Shown here: positions 9,175 to 17,876 of the stretch, piece after piece
How positions within the stretch are numbered: position 1 is the first letter of the stretch
Layout of the letters: the number at the start of each line of letters is the position of its first letter
NCBI GenBank assembly: GCA_964648855.1
Contig: CAZYLT010000020.1
Coordinates: forward strand, 15,183-47,182
Length of the DNA: 32,000 nucleotides
Source of the DNA: an uncultured archaeon
GTDB taxonomy: Archaea > Asgardarchaeota > Thorarchaeia > Thorarchaeales > Thorarchaeaceae
Direction of reading: 5' to 3'
Program-made: the position numbers and the translations under genes
The notes under the pieces: model-generated
Told to the model about the DNA's origin: nothing
What the model saw: only the letters and a program-made list of their open reading frames with translations
Database searches by the model: none

Positions 9175-9351
9175 CACAAGACACTTCCTGTTGCCTGAGG
9201 GTATAGAGAAGACCTATTAAAATATCGTATGGCAAATGGCGTTCTGAGTAAGAAATCAAGTTGAAACTTTAATAAACTCTAATGACTTTGAAATCCATAC
9301 TGGACTATTGAAATAACGACTAGTGCGGCAAGAAATGGGGGATTTCAAGAA

Positions 9352-10204
9352 ATGGCGGTTGTAGCTCCTAACTATAGTCTATTCACAGCAATTATCCTGT
9401 TTCTCATCTTCATCCTTAATTTCAATCCATGGAATAGGAAGCTCAGAAATACCCGAAATTCGCTCTTATTGATAATCGTGACAACATCGCTAGCAATACC
9501 GCTTCAAGTCTGGTTCAACTATGATTTGGCTGCATACAATACAGGCGACACCTATCTATTGAATCTCCACCTAAATGCTTCGCTATTGCCGGGTGAGAAA
9601 TATGAAATCCACCACGTGTCAAATTGGTATGCAGAGAGGGGAGCTCTCCTGGAAATATCAAATGAATCCCAAGGCATCGTATTCTACTTAGTCGATGAGA
9701 ATATGCGGGGTACACGTTTCAACGAAATTCGCGTGAACGAATCCTGGTTCCGGGTTCTCCAATCCCTATGCTTTGTTTCGATTCAAACTTCCCTATTATC
9801 GTACATCCCTGTTTCAAATAGCCAACTGGACGGTTTGCTTCACTAATCCACTTACAAATGAAACAATACCTCTAAACGTCCGTGGAATGTGGATGGAGGA
9901 CTCAGAAGATCTCGCCCGTTGGAGGGTTTATCTTCCACGTACACAACCTGTTGTTGCACTGTTATGTCTGTGGGTATTCGTTCCATTGATTCTAATGGCG
10001 ACTGAAAATATCAGTACACATCAATTGGCTCAGAATCTACGTTTATTGATTGCAGCCTTGTTTTCGGCTGTGATTCACTTGCTTCTTTCTCTTCCGTTTA
10101 TCAGTAGTATCATTTTCTTCGGTTTTTACCTTGTCTTTCCATTACCAATCGTTACTCTGGTTCTATACTACATCATCAAGAAACAAGAAGATACAACCCA
10201 GTGA
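9352..10204 (+). pseudogene. Multi-pass membrane protein split by a +1 frameshift near 9737-9770 (pseudogene or sequencing error)
   Basis: ORFs 9352-9846 and 9773-10204 overlap; the second frame is open from 9737; joined they give TM-TM / glycosylated loop / three TM helices. Confidence 0.6.
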
Positions 10205-10419
10205 ATTAGATTAACGAGTCGAAGAAGGATTCTTGCTAATCAAAACCACTTGGCAAGAAGGAAATTCAAATGTTTCATCAAGGATTGCCAGGTATTCAGC
10301 GATTTAGGCAGCCCTGGGGACTCGAAGAGTAGTCGTAGTCAAGACCCATTGATTACACTATCATTTAATAGGGATATGGGATTCTTTTCTAATGTTGTAC
10401 GATTCTGGAGTGTAAGCGA

Positions 10420-10806
10420 ATGGAACGACCTGATTATAGCACACTTGCCTCGATCCTTGAAGAGATGAACAAGGAGGGCGAATTTACCGCTTCTGTGCTT
10501 GCTAGAGATGACGGGCTACTCATGGCATCTGCAGCCTCTCCGAAGACAAACCGAGAGGTTGTTGCTGCAATGTCTGGGTTTGTTGCCTCAACTGTGGAGC
10601 GCATGCGCGACGAGTTGGGTCTGGGCCAACTAAGGGATATCTCTGTGCGCTGCTCAATGGGTAAGGCTGTCTTCAAGAAGATTGCATCACAAGGGGAACA
10701 AGCACTCCTTATCGCCGCTATCATGCCAAGGAGCGTACGCTATCATCTTCGACCCATTGGCAAGGCTGCAACCAAGATAAGGTATGTCCTTGGGTATTCT
10801 GACTAG
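10420..10806 (+). CDS. Roadblock/LC7 (MglB-like) domain protein
   Basis: ASVLARDDGLLMAS...VAAMS...ELGLG.L pattern; 128 aa. Confidence 0.88.
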   Translation: MERPDYSTLASILEEMNKEGEFTASVLARDDGLLMASAASPKTNREVVAAMSGFVASTVERMRDELGLGQLRDISVRCSMGKAVFKKIASQGEQALLIAAIMPRSVRYHLRPIGKAATKIRYVLGYSD

Positions 10807-10897
10807 CTGCCACTGCCAAAGCTCATCCTCGCAAAAGATTCAAGTGATATAGTCACACAGTAATTCTACGCTTATTTCGGTCCAGGAGTGCGCTCTA

Positions 10898-11224
10898 TTG
10901 GCAAAAGGGGACAAAAAGAACTCGGAAGATGACACCAATGCTACCGTTGAGATAGTCTTCTTCAAGTCCAATACGTGTGCTTTCTGTCCGAGAGCCGAAG
11001 AAGTGATAACGGATATGATGGAGGATTTTGGAGAGTCCGCCCTTGAACTAACGATTATCAACGTATCTGAGAATCCAGGGGCAGCAGAAGAGTATGGAAT
11101 CTTCGCTTTGCCAACCACGATGATTGGCGGGGTATCAGTGACAGGTATTCCAGAGCCAGAAATATTGATGAAGATGATTCTCGGTTGTAAAATCTCCAGC
11201 AAGAGAGGTGTATTCAGTGAGTGA
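10898..11224 (+). CDS. Thioredoxin-fold protein with CAFC motif, KaiB-like in its central part
   Basis: CxxC motif, INVSENPGAAEEYGIFALPT (cis-Pro loop); SD CAGGAG and TTG start; stop overlaps the next gene. Confidence 0.85.
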   Translation: MAKGDKKNSEDDTNATVEIVFFKSNTCAFCPRAEEVITDMMEDFGESALELTIINVSENPGAAEEYGIFALPTTMIGGVSVTGIPEPEILMKMILGCKISSKRGVFSE

Positions 11225-11963
11225 ATTCGAAATCGAACGCGTAAAGACAGGTATCACGGGACTAGATGACCTGATTCAAGGAGGATTCCCCCGTGGCGAT
11301 ACCATTCTGATTGCAGGGAAGGCAGGAACCGGAAAGACAATTTTCGTCAATCAGTTTCTGTATAAGGGTGTTGTGGAATATGGTGAGCCCGGCGTATTAG
11401 TCACCCTAGAAGAGCCTTCCAGAATGATCAAGAGAAACATGATGCAATTCGGAATGAACCTGGATAAAATCATCGGGGAGGAATTACTCAGCATCGTTGA
11501 CCTCTCTCCCGCCAAAGAAGTCAAACGTGTTAAAATTGGCGAGTATCCTTCTTTTGACCTCTCAGGATTAGAGGCAATAATTCTCAATCATATGAATAAG
11601 ATAGATGCACAACGGGTCGTCATTGATACGCTGTCCATTCTTGCATACAAGTTTAGTAGCAGAGACATCCTTCGTCAGGAGTTCTTTAAACTCGCGGCGA
11701 AACTCACAAAGGACGGTGCCACCCTCCTGTTGACAAGTGAAATCCCTGAGCATAAGGGCGGACTCGGTGTCTTTGACATTGAGGCCTTCTTGGCATCGGG
11801 AGTGGTTGTCCTCTATAACGAAAAAATTAGTGATACATCTAGGTCCCGTAGCATTGAAATCCTAAAACTGCGTGGTACTCAACACAGCTCTCGAATACAT
11901 TCGATGCGAATAACCGATGAAGGTATTCGAGTCTACCCTGGTGAAATCAGTCCGGGACGATAA
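11217..11963 (+). CDS. Single-domain KaiC-like (RecA-superfamily) ATPase, CI-like
   Basis: TGITGLD..GGFP, Walker A GKAGTGKT, catalytic LEE, VVIDT, LLTSE, KLRG..H; GTG start after SD GAGGTG. Confidence 0.92.
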   Translation: MSEFEIERVKTGITGLDDLIQGGFPRGDTILIAGKAGTGKTIFVNQFLYKGVVEYGEPGVLVTLEEPSRMIKRNMMQFGMNLDKIIGEELLSIVDLSPAKEVKRVKIGEYPSFDLSGLEAIILNHMNKIDAQRVVIDTLSILAYKFSSRDILRQEFFKLAAKLTKDGATLLLTSEIPEHKGGLGVFDIEAFLASGVVVLYNEKISDTSRSRSIEILKLRGTQHSSRIHSMRITDEGIRVYPGEISPGR

Positions 11964-11984
11964 TTCCCCCATGAGGCATGACCA

Positions 11985-12698
11985 ATGAATACATCCGCCC
12001 AAGGAAGCGAATCGGAAAGCCCAGCACGGGTATATCCGATGATTAGCGACTTGGTCGATTTTGGCCAACTCACTCAATTGTCTTTCATGTTGCTAGGGCC
12101 TATTGGGTCCGGAAAGACAACTTATGCAGAAGCGTTTCTTGCAGAGGGACTCAGACTAGGATTTCCCGCAGTATTTGTTACAACGGATGTATCTCCCCGA
12201 GTCATCAGAAATGATATGAGCCGATATGGTTGGTCAATCGAAGAAGGAGAGGAAACGGGACAGTTTGTCTTCATCGATGGCTACTCCGAACGGATGGGGG
12301 CTCCAAAGGCAAAGTCCACGCATTCACTTGCCAAGATTGATGACGTAAGCGAGCTGGGAATTGTGCTCTCTGAGGTCCTAGAAGATATGGTTGTCGCTAG
12401 GGTGGTCATCGACAGCCTCTCCACCTTAGTGCTCCACTCGGGACCAACAGCCATGCCTCGGTCGGTCCAGCGGCTAGCGGGGCGGCTGAAGCAAAATTCC
12501 CACAGTATCATGTTTGTTCTTGAGGATGGAGTTCATGACGATAAGACCTATGCAACATTTTCTTATCTTGCTGACTCGGTTCTTCGATTCAGAATTGAAC
12601 ATCAGGGAGATGTGTCGCGTCATCAAATTCGAATGGAACGAATGCGGGGCAGTGACGCTTCAAGAGACTGGCATGACTTCGTTATTGAGAGACCGTGA
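11985..12698 (+). CDS. Second single-domain KaiC/RAD55-like ATPase, divergent (lacks the EE pair)
   Basis: Walker A GPIGSGKT, VTTDVSP instead of EE, FIDGYS, VIDSLS, YLADSV, RMRG. Confidence 0.85.
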   Translation: MNTSAQGSESESPARVYPMISDLVDFGQLTQLSFMLLGPIGSGKTTYAEAFLAEGLRLGFPAVFVTTDVSPRVIRNDMSRYGWSIEEGEETGQFVFIDGYSERMGAPKAKSTHSLAKIDDVSELGIVLSEVLEDMVVARVVIDSLSTLVLHSGPTAMPRSVQRLAGRLKQNSHSIMFVLEDGVHDDKTYATFSYLADSVLRFRIEHQGDVSRHQIRMERMRGSDASRDWHDFVIERP

Positions 12699-12752
12699 AA
12701 GCTTAAAACGGAAAGATACTGCTTCTGAGTCAACCGTCAGAGGAGAGATACA

Positions 12753-15053
12753 GTGGAGTCGCTACTTAAAGCAGCACTAAGAGAGATACTATGTGCTTCG
12801 CTCTCCCTTGATGATGGCCTCACTACTATTCAGAATCTTGCAGTTGGAAATAAAAGGAACTCGGATTTGTTTTTTGAAGTAGCGAGAGCAATAGAAGAGA
12901 TACTTCTGCGTCGTCCTGCTCCTGCCAGTGCCAAACTCACAGAATTGGAGGTACGCCTGTCAACTCGCAAGGACTCAACACTCCGTGATATGATTATGCT
13001 TCTTGATACGAGATACACCACTGTGCATTGCAGAGCAGAAGCCGAAATTGCTCCTGATATGGATGCAATCCCCCGTCTTCTTGAGATATTGGCTGATCTA
13101 GAGCAGGGCATATCAACAGCAATTAGCCTTAATCTCAGACCTCTGCTTCCTTTCCTTGCTGATGAACTCATAATGACACTTGAGGCTCTTCATACCCGTT
13201 CGCATGAGGCATCAATTAGATTGGCATCATATGAGGCGCATCACACTGCATGGTTATTGTCAGAATCCGGTATTTTCGATTGTGCAGATGCGATTCTGAA
13301 TCAACTGATGAAAATATCTGAGCACATGGGATTCGACAATCTCAGTTTTGAATCCACACTCGACGAGGCAGCTGTGCTCACAGAGCTCGGAATGTATGAT
13401 GAATCAAGGAAATTGCTACTCGATTTGCTCAGTCGGGCGGAAGAGGGAAATGATCCTATTCGGTTGGCAATGGTGAAGCTCCAGAAGGCAATAAATGAAA
13501 CCCGTGATGACTCGATATCTCATGACCAAGCTAGAAATACAGCCAATATAGCGGCAAGAATGTTCCAAGATATTCTTGATTACGGGGGTTTCTCAAAGGA
13601 CGGCCTGGGATTGGTACATCTCGTAATCGGCTCTAACATTCTGGCCAGTGGTTGGAGAGAGGCTGTGCCTGAGGCTTTAGATGGACTTGAGAATGCCCTC
13701 AATGTCTTTGGGTCTCTTGAAGAGATGAATGAAACCCAAAGAATACTCCACTTCAGAACCCTTGCTGGACTTGGCTTTTCGTATGGTATGATGGGGAATG
13801 ACGACAACATAGTCAAGGGTCTTGAATATCTGGAGAGAGCCAAGATGGTTCTTCAAAAAACCGGGGACCATGATGAGATATTCGATATTGAAATTGCCAG
13901 ATGTAATCATGCAATCGGATGGTTATGTCTCTCTTGTGAAAGCGAAGAACATCTTGACCGGGGAAGAGAAGCATTTGAAAGAGCAATCGAAGCTCGAGAG
14001 CAATTCTTGGAACAGGGCAGAGTATCAGAATTAGTAGTTCTTGGTACAAAACTCGGGAAAACATTGCTTGAATTAAGAAATGATGACGAAAAAGACGCGC
14101 AAGGAATTGACCAAATCCAAGATGTCTTGGTCCGCTATGTCCCTCTCTTTCCAATTGACCCCCGCTCCTTCACCGAAATAGCAATTGCAACATATGACGT
14201 AGTATGGATATTATTCAGACACGGCTTGACTCCTTCTCAGAGACTATTGCGTTTCTTCGACGATGTAGATAGGATGCTCCGCGATACAAGAGTTGGGGAG
14301 GACTCATTATTCATTCAGGGCGTATCCCTCATCGTTCCTCTGCTTAATGGCTCTTGGTCGCAACTATCTCGGCGAGCAAATGACATATCGAATGAAAAAT
14401 CAGAGCTATCGGAAGTTGCGAAAGTGTTGGGCTGTCTTGCACATTCAAGAATCAACTTGGAAGCTACCAATCTAGAGGCTGGTCTAAGTATCCAACCAGA
14501 AATAAGTCAAAATGCAATCGAATGTGATAGTCTTCTCGGCAACTATTGGATAGGTCAAAGGTCATTAGCAGCTACAGTCAAGTCGTATTATGAGAACAGA
14601 GATTATGAAGAATTAGCCTCTGGCCTATATGGAGCGTCCCAACAGCTAAAGGCAGTAGGTTCTGTTCGAACCAGTTTCGCTGAGTCAAGTGAATTCATCA
14701 CTGCTACGGCAGTTTCGCTAGCAGAAGTTTTACTGAATACTGCAAAGGCTCTGTCTTCAACCTACTCGATTGAACTCGACGATGAACAAACAATCGCTAC
14801 GGAATCCATTAGAGAAGTAAGAAATGTAGATTTTATTTTGCCTGATGATTGGTTGGGCCTACTTAAGATAACTAATTCTTATGTTAGAATGATAAAAGCC
14901 TCCGATGGAACTCACGCCTTGTCATACTTGAATGCTGTCTTCTCGAATATCTCCAGAGCCCTAAGAATGATGGATAATATTGCACTCATTGACCGTCGAG
15001 TCCTATCCCGTTTAGGGGAGGCAATGAATCGAAGATATTATCTCCGAAAATAG
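12753..15053 (+). CDS. Large all-helical TPR-like protein
   Basis: 766 aa, Leu/Ala/Glu-rich; TPR-like units such as LAGLGFSY...GLEYLERA and NHAIGWL...AFERAIE. Confidence 0.7.
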   Translation: MESLLKAALREILCASLSLDDGLTTIQNLAVGNKRNSDLFFEVARAIEEILLRRPAPASAKLTELEVRLSTRKDSTLRDMIMLLDTRYTTVHCRAEAEIAPDMDAIPRLLEILADLEQGISTAISLNLRPLLPFLADELIMTLEALHTRSHEASIRLASYEAHHTAWLLSESGIFDCADAILNQLMKISEHMGFDNLSFESTLDEAAVLTELGMYDESRKLLLDLLSRAEEGNDPIRLAMVKLQKAINETRDDSISHDQARNTANIAARMFQDILDYGGFSKDGLGLVHLVIGSNILASGWREAVPEALDGLENALNVFGSLEEMNETQRILHFRTLAGLGFSYGMMGNDDNIVKGLEYLERAKMVLQKTGDHDEIFDIEIARCNHAIGWLCLSCESEEHLDRGREAFERAIEAREQFLEQGRVSELVVLGTKLGKTLLELRNDDEKDAQGIDQIQDVLVRYVPLFPIDPRSFTEIAIATYDVVWILFRHGLTPSQRLLRFFDDVDRMLRDTRVGEDSLFIQGVSLIVPLLNGSWSQLSRRANDISNEKSELSEVAKVLGCLAHSRINLEATNLEAGLSIQPEISQNAIECDSLLGNYWIGQRSLAATVKSYYENRDYEELASGLYGASQQLKAVGSVRTSFAESSEFITATAVSLAEVLLNTAKALSSTYSIELDDEQTIATESIREVRNVDFILPDDWLGLLKITNSYVRMIKASDGTHALSYLNAVFSNISRALRMMDNIALIDRRVLSRLGEAMNRRYYLRK

Positions 15054-15057
15054 CGAA

Positions 15058-17151
15058 CTAGAATTCTTCATAGGGTTTGCTGCCAACAGGTCTATATTGT
15101 GTCGGCTTTGCGCCCCAAGTAACCCAGCCCGAAGTTTCGGTTCTCATTTCATTTGCCAGACCAAATGATTCACGCACTGGGATTTCGGCTTCTATCCTGT
15201 ATAGTGCCTTTTCCGAATCGATTTTCAAGACCTGTCCCTTTCGCCTGGCGAGAATTGATGTCAATATGCCAACGTAGTCCTCTGGGGCAGTTATCTCCAA
15301 TCTAGTCCACGGCTCCATTACAACGGGATCATCCGACATTATACTGTTTCTCAGAGCCTCAACAAGTGGTTGTGTCACATCCCGCCATGATGTTTCTGGG
15401 CTCTCAACTTTCAGTTTTGCCTTCTGAATTGAAGCTAGAAGCATTCTCATTCGCTCCCCTTGGACAGGCCCGTTTCGCGTGACAATTCTGAAGCCTTCTT
15501 TCACCCATTCGGCAATGTCACTATACGGGTCAATAGTACCGGTTGTATCAACCAAGTAACATTGAGCCTGTTCATCCTTCTCTATCACAGTTCCTTTGAC
15601 ATCTTCTAGTGCATCATTTTCAATGAGATTCGCTTTCACCCAGAACCTGCTTGTGTCCTCTGAACCTCCCTGAGCGGTTTTCGCCCTCGCTGTGAGCTGC
15701 TCCTTCAGCACAACCATTGGAGTACCTAATCGTAAGTGTACTCCCAATCTGGTTAGTTTTTCCACAGCAATCTCAACATGGAGCTCTCCAGCGCCTGAGA
15801 GCAGCATCTCCCCTGTTTCTGGATTCAATTCAAATTCTAACGTTGGGTCTGTACTCACAAACTCCTGAATGGGCTCCTGTATCTCGGAGAGTTCAGCCAA
15901 TCGTCTAGGTTCAATTGTGTATGTGACGACTGGCTCAGTAGGATATTGAAGCGCAATCATCGGCTCCAACTCTGCAATATTCGGGCTGACAAGCGTATCA
16001 CTGATTGAAACGTCTTTTATCCCTGTGATGAATGCCAGATTACCGGCGGGTACCTCGTCAAGGGCAACTCGAGTCTTGGACATGTACACTCCAACTTGGA
16101 GACTCTTGTCCTTCTTTCTAGTCCTACGAGTCAGCAATGGCTCCCCTCGCCTGAGGACCCCAGAGAACACTCTAACAGTTGCCACGGTACCAGCGTGTCT
16201 GTCAGGTTGCACATCACTCACCAGCAGGATACACGGACCATTTGGGTCACAATTCATTAGGCTCTTGCCGCTGTCAGATTGAAGGTCGCCATCCCAAAAT
16301 GCTGGAATTCTGTACTGTTGAGCATCAATCGGGTTGGGCACTGTCTTAACAACTGAGTCTAGTACAACTTCTGCAATGGGAAACTTCTCTTCAAGTTCTT
16401 CTTCCGTTTCATTCCTGTAGGAGTCTACTACTTCTTCCATCAATTCCATGAATACGTCGGCTAGAGATTCAGCATCTGATTCATCAGCTCGTGCCTTCAA
16501 GGTTTCAAGTCCAATTGCCCACTTGTCAAGCGCCGAACCGATTGAGAGCGAGTTCTTGGGAAAAGAAACCTCCCACTTTTCAAGAATTTCGTCTTCAAGA
16601 TATTTTCCTAGCATCGCGTTAAATTCACGGGCTACTTTGTTCACCTCTTCGGCAACTTTCCGAGCCTGTAATCGTCGTTCGGTGACCAATCGGTCAACCT
16701 TGTTAATGAACAGAACAGGTCTAACTCTCTCCGCCATTGCCTGCCTTGTCACAGTCTCTGTCTGAACCATCAGCCCCTCGATGACATCAATGACAACAAT
16801 TGCCCCATCAGTAAGTCGCAGACCTCGTGTTACATGGCTCGAGAAATCAATGTGTCCCGGAGTGTCAACAAGATGAACAAGATGCTCCTTTGATTCGAAT
16901 TCATGTACAAGAGAGATGCCAGATGCCTTTATTGTAATGCCACGTTCCTGTTCAATGAGGTCGTAATCCATCATGCGAGCCGACGCTGCAATTTTGCTCG
17001 ACATGAGACCTGATGCTGCGATAAGAGAATCCGTCAGAGTTGTCTTGCCATGGTCAATATGAGCAATCACAGTACAATTGCGGATTCTCTCCCGGTCATT
17101 GATGAGATTGACAACCCGTTCGTTGACGAATTTCTTATACAAGTGAGACAC
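15058..17151 (-). CDS. Elongation factor 2 paralog (aEF-2p) lacking the diphthamide motif
   Basis: AHIDHGKTT, ERGITI, DTPGH, NKVD, GAGELH and MEP...GL..EMR..TSG motifs; the domain IV tip reads KLKVESPETSWRD with no HRG. Confidence 0.9.
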   Translation of the reverse strand: MSHLYKKFVNERVVNLINDRERIRNCTVIAHIDHGKTTLTDSLIAASGLMSSKIAASARMMDYDLIEQERGITIKASGISLVHEFESKEHLVHLVDTPGHIDFSSHVTRGLRLTDGAIVVIDVIEGLMVQTETVTRQAMAERVRPVLFINKVDRLVTERRLQARKVAEEVNKVAREFNAMLGKYLEDEILEKWEVSFPKNSLSIGSALDKWAIGLETLKARADESDAESLADVFMELMEEVVDSYRNETEEELEEKFPIAEVVLDSVVKTVPNPIDAQQYRIPAFWDGDLQSDSGKSLMNCDPNGPCILLVSDVQPDRHAGTVATVRVFSGVLRRGEPLLTRRTRKKDKSLQVGVYMSKTRVALDEVPAGNLAFITGIKDVSISDTLVSPNIAELEPMIALQYPTEPVVTYTIEPRRLAELSEIQEPIQEFVSTDPTLEFELNPETGEMLLSGAGELHVEIAVEKLTRLGVHLRLGTPMVVLKEQLTARAKTAQGGSEDTSRFWVKANLIENDALEDVKGTVIEKDEQAQCYLVDTTGTIDPYSDIAEWVKEGFRIVTRNGPVQGERMRMLLASIQKAKLKVESPETSWRDVTQPLVEALRNSIMSDDPVVMEPWTRLEITAPEDYVGILTSILARRKGQVLKIDSEKALYRIEAEIPVRESFGLANEMRTETSGWVTWGAKPTQYRPVGSKPYEEF

Positions 17152-17156
17152 TATGC

Positions 17157-17747
17157 TTACCTAACCTTTCTCTCGTATATTTCAATGGGGATTCTTGTTT
17201 CTTCCTTACATTCTCTGCAGCGCAGAATTACTTCAGTGTCGGTTCTCTCAATTTCATCTTTGAGTGGCATTCCACACTTGCAGACAAATCCCACAAGTCG
17301 AGCGGGATTTCCTACAACGAGCCCATGGGAGGGAACATCTTTTGTGACCACCGAGCCGCTGCCCACCATACAGTATTCACCGAGTGTAGTGTTGCATATA
17401 ATGACTGCATGTGCCCCGATTGATGCCCCCTTCTTGACCAGCGTTTCCACCAGTTCCCAGTTCTCAGTGAATGCCCTGGGGTAGAGGTCATTGGTAAAGG
17501 TCATATGAGGTCCACAAAACACGTCATCCTCAATAATCACGCCCTGATAGACAGAGACTCCGTTCTGAATCTTTACATTATTGCCTATCGTCACTTTGGT
17601 GTCAACATATACCCCCTTTCCGATGTTACAGTTGTTCCCAATCTTTGCGCCGCCTCTAATATGTGCAAAGTGCCAGATCTTTGTTCCCGTACCTAGCTTT
17701 GCCCCATCATCGACGACTGCAAGGTCATGTATGAATGGCTCGCTCAT
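17157..17747 (-). CDS. Hexapeptide-repeat (left-handed beta helix) N-acyltransferase, WbpD/WxcM-like, with a C-terminal Zn ribbon
   Basis: KIWHF.HI, KIQNGVSVY, FTND.YPR, GNPAR, then CKCG...CREC. Confidence 0.88.
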   Translation of the reverse strand: MSEPFIHDLAVVDDGAKLGTGTKIWHFAHIRGGAKIGNNCNIGKGVYVDTKVTIGNNVKIQNGVSVYQGVIIEDDVFCGPHMTFTNDLYPRAFTENWELVETLVKKGASIGAHAVIICNTTLGEYCMVGSGSVVTKDVPSHGLVVGNPARLVGFVCKCGMPLKDEIERTDTEVILRCRECKEETRIPIEIYERKVR

Positions 17748-17876
17748 GAATCTCACAGGCATCTTAGAATGGAGTATCCGAGTTAACTCTTACCGTTCAC
17801 TCAAGGATCCTATCAAAAACTGGAGTGGTGAACCTGATGCTCGATGCCCCGTTGATGCATGCGCCCTCAAAGATTG

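Noticed and set aside
9734-9736. TGA as selenocysteine or readthrough joining the split membrane gene
   Set aside because: The two halves are in different frames; a frameshift explains the split and no SECIS-like element was seen.
10250-10468. 72-aa ORF upstream of roadblock
   Set aside because: No recognisable features; it overlaps the likely promoter (TTTAATA near 10363) and the roadblock start.
11217-12698. Calling the ATPases RadA/RadB or archaellum FlaH
   Set aside because: No HhH domain or RadB motif and no archaellum genes nearby; motifs match the KaiC family.
15058-17151. Calling this the canonical EF-2 (fusA)
   Set aside because: It lacks the diphthamide loop and is not in a ribosomal-protein (str) operon.
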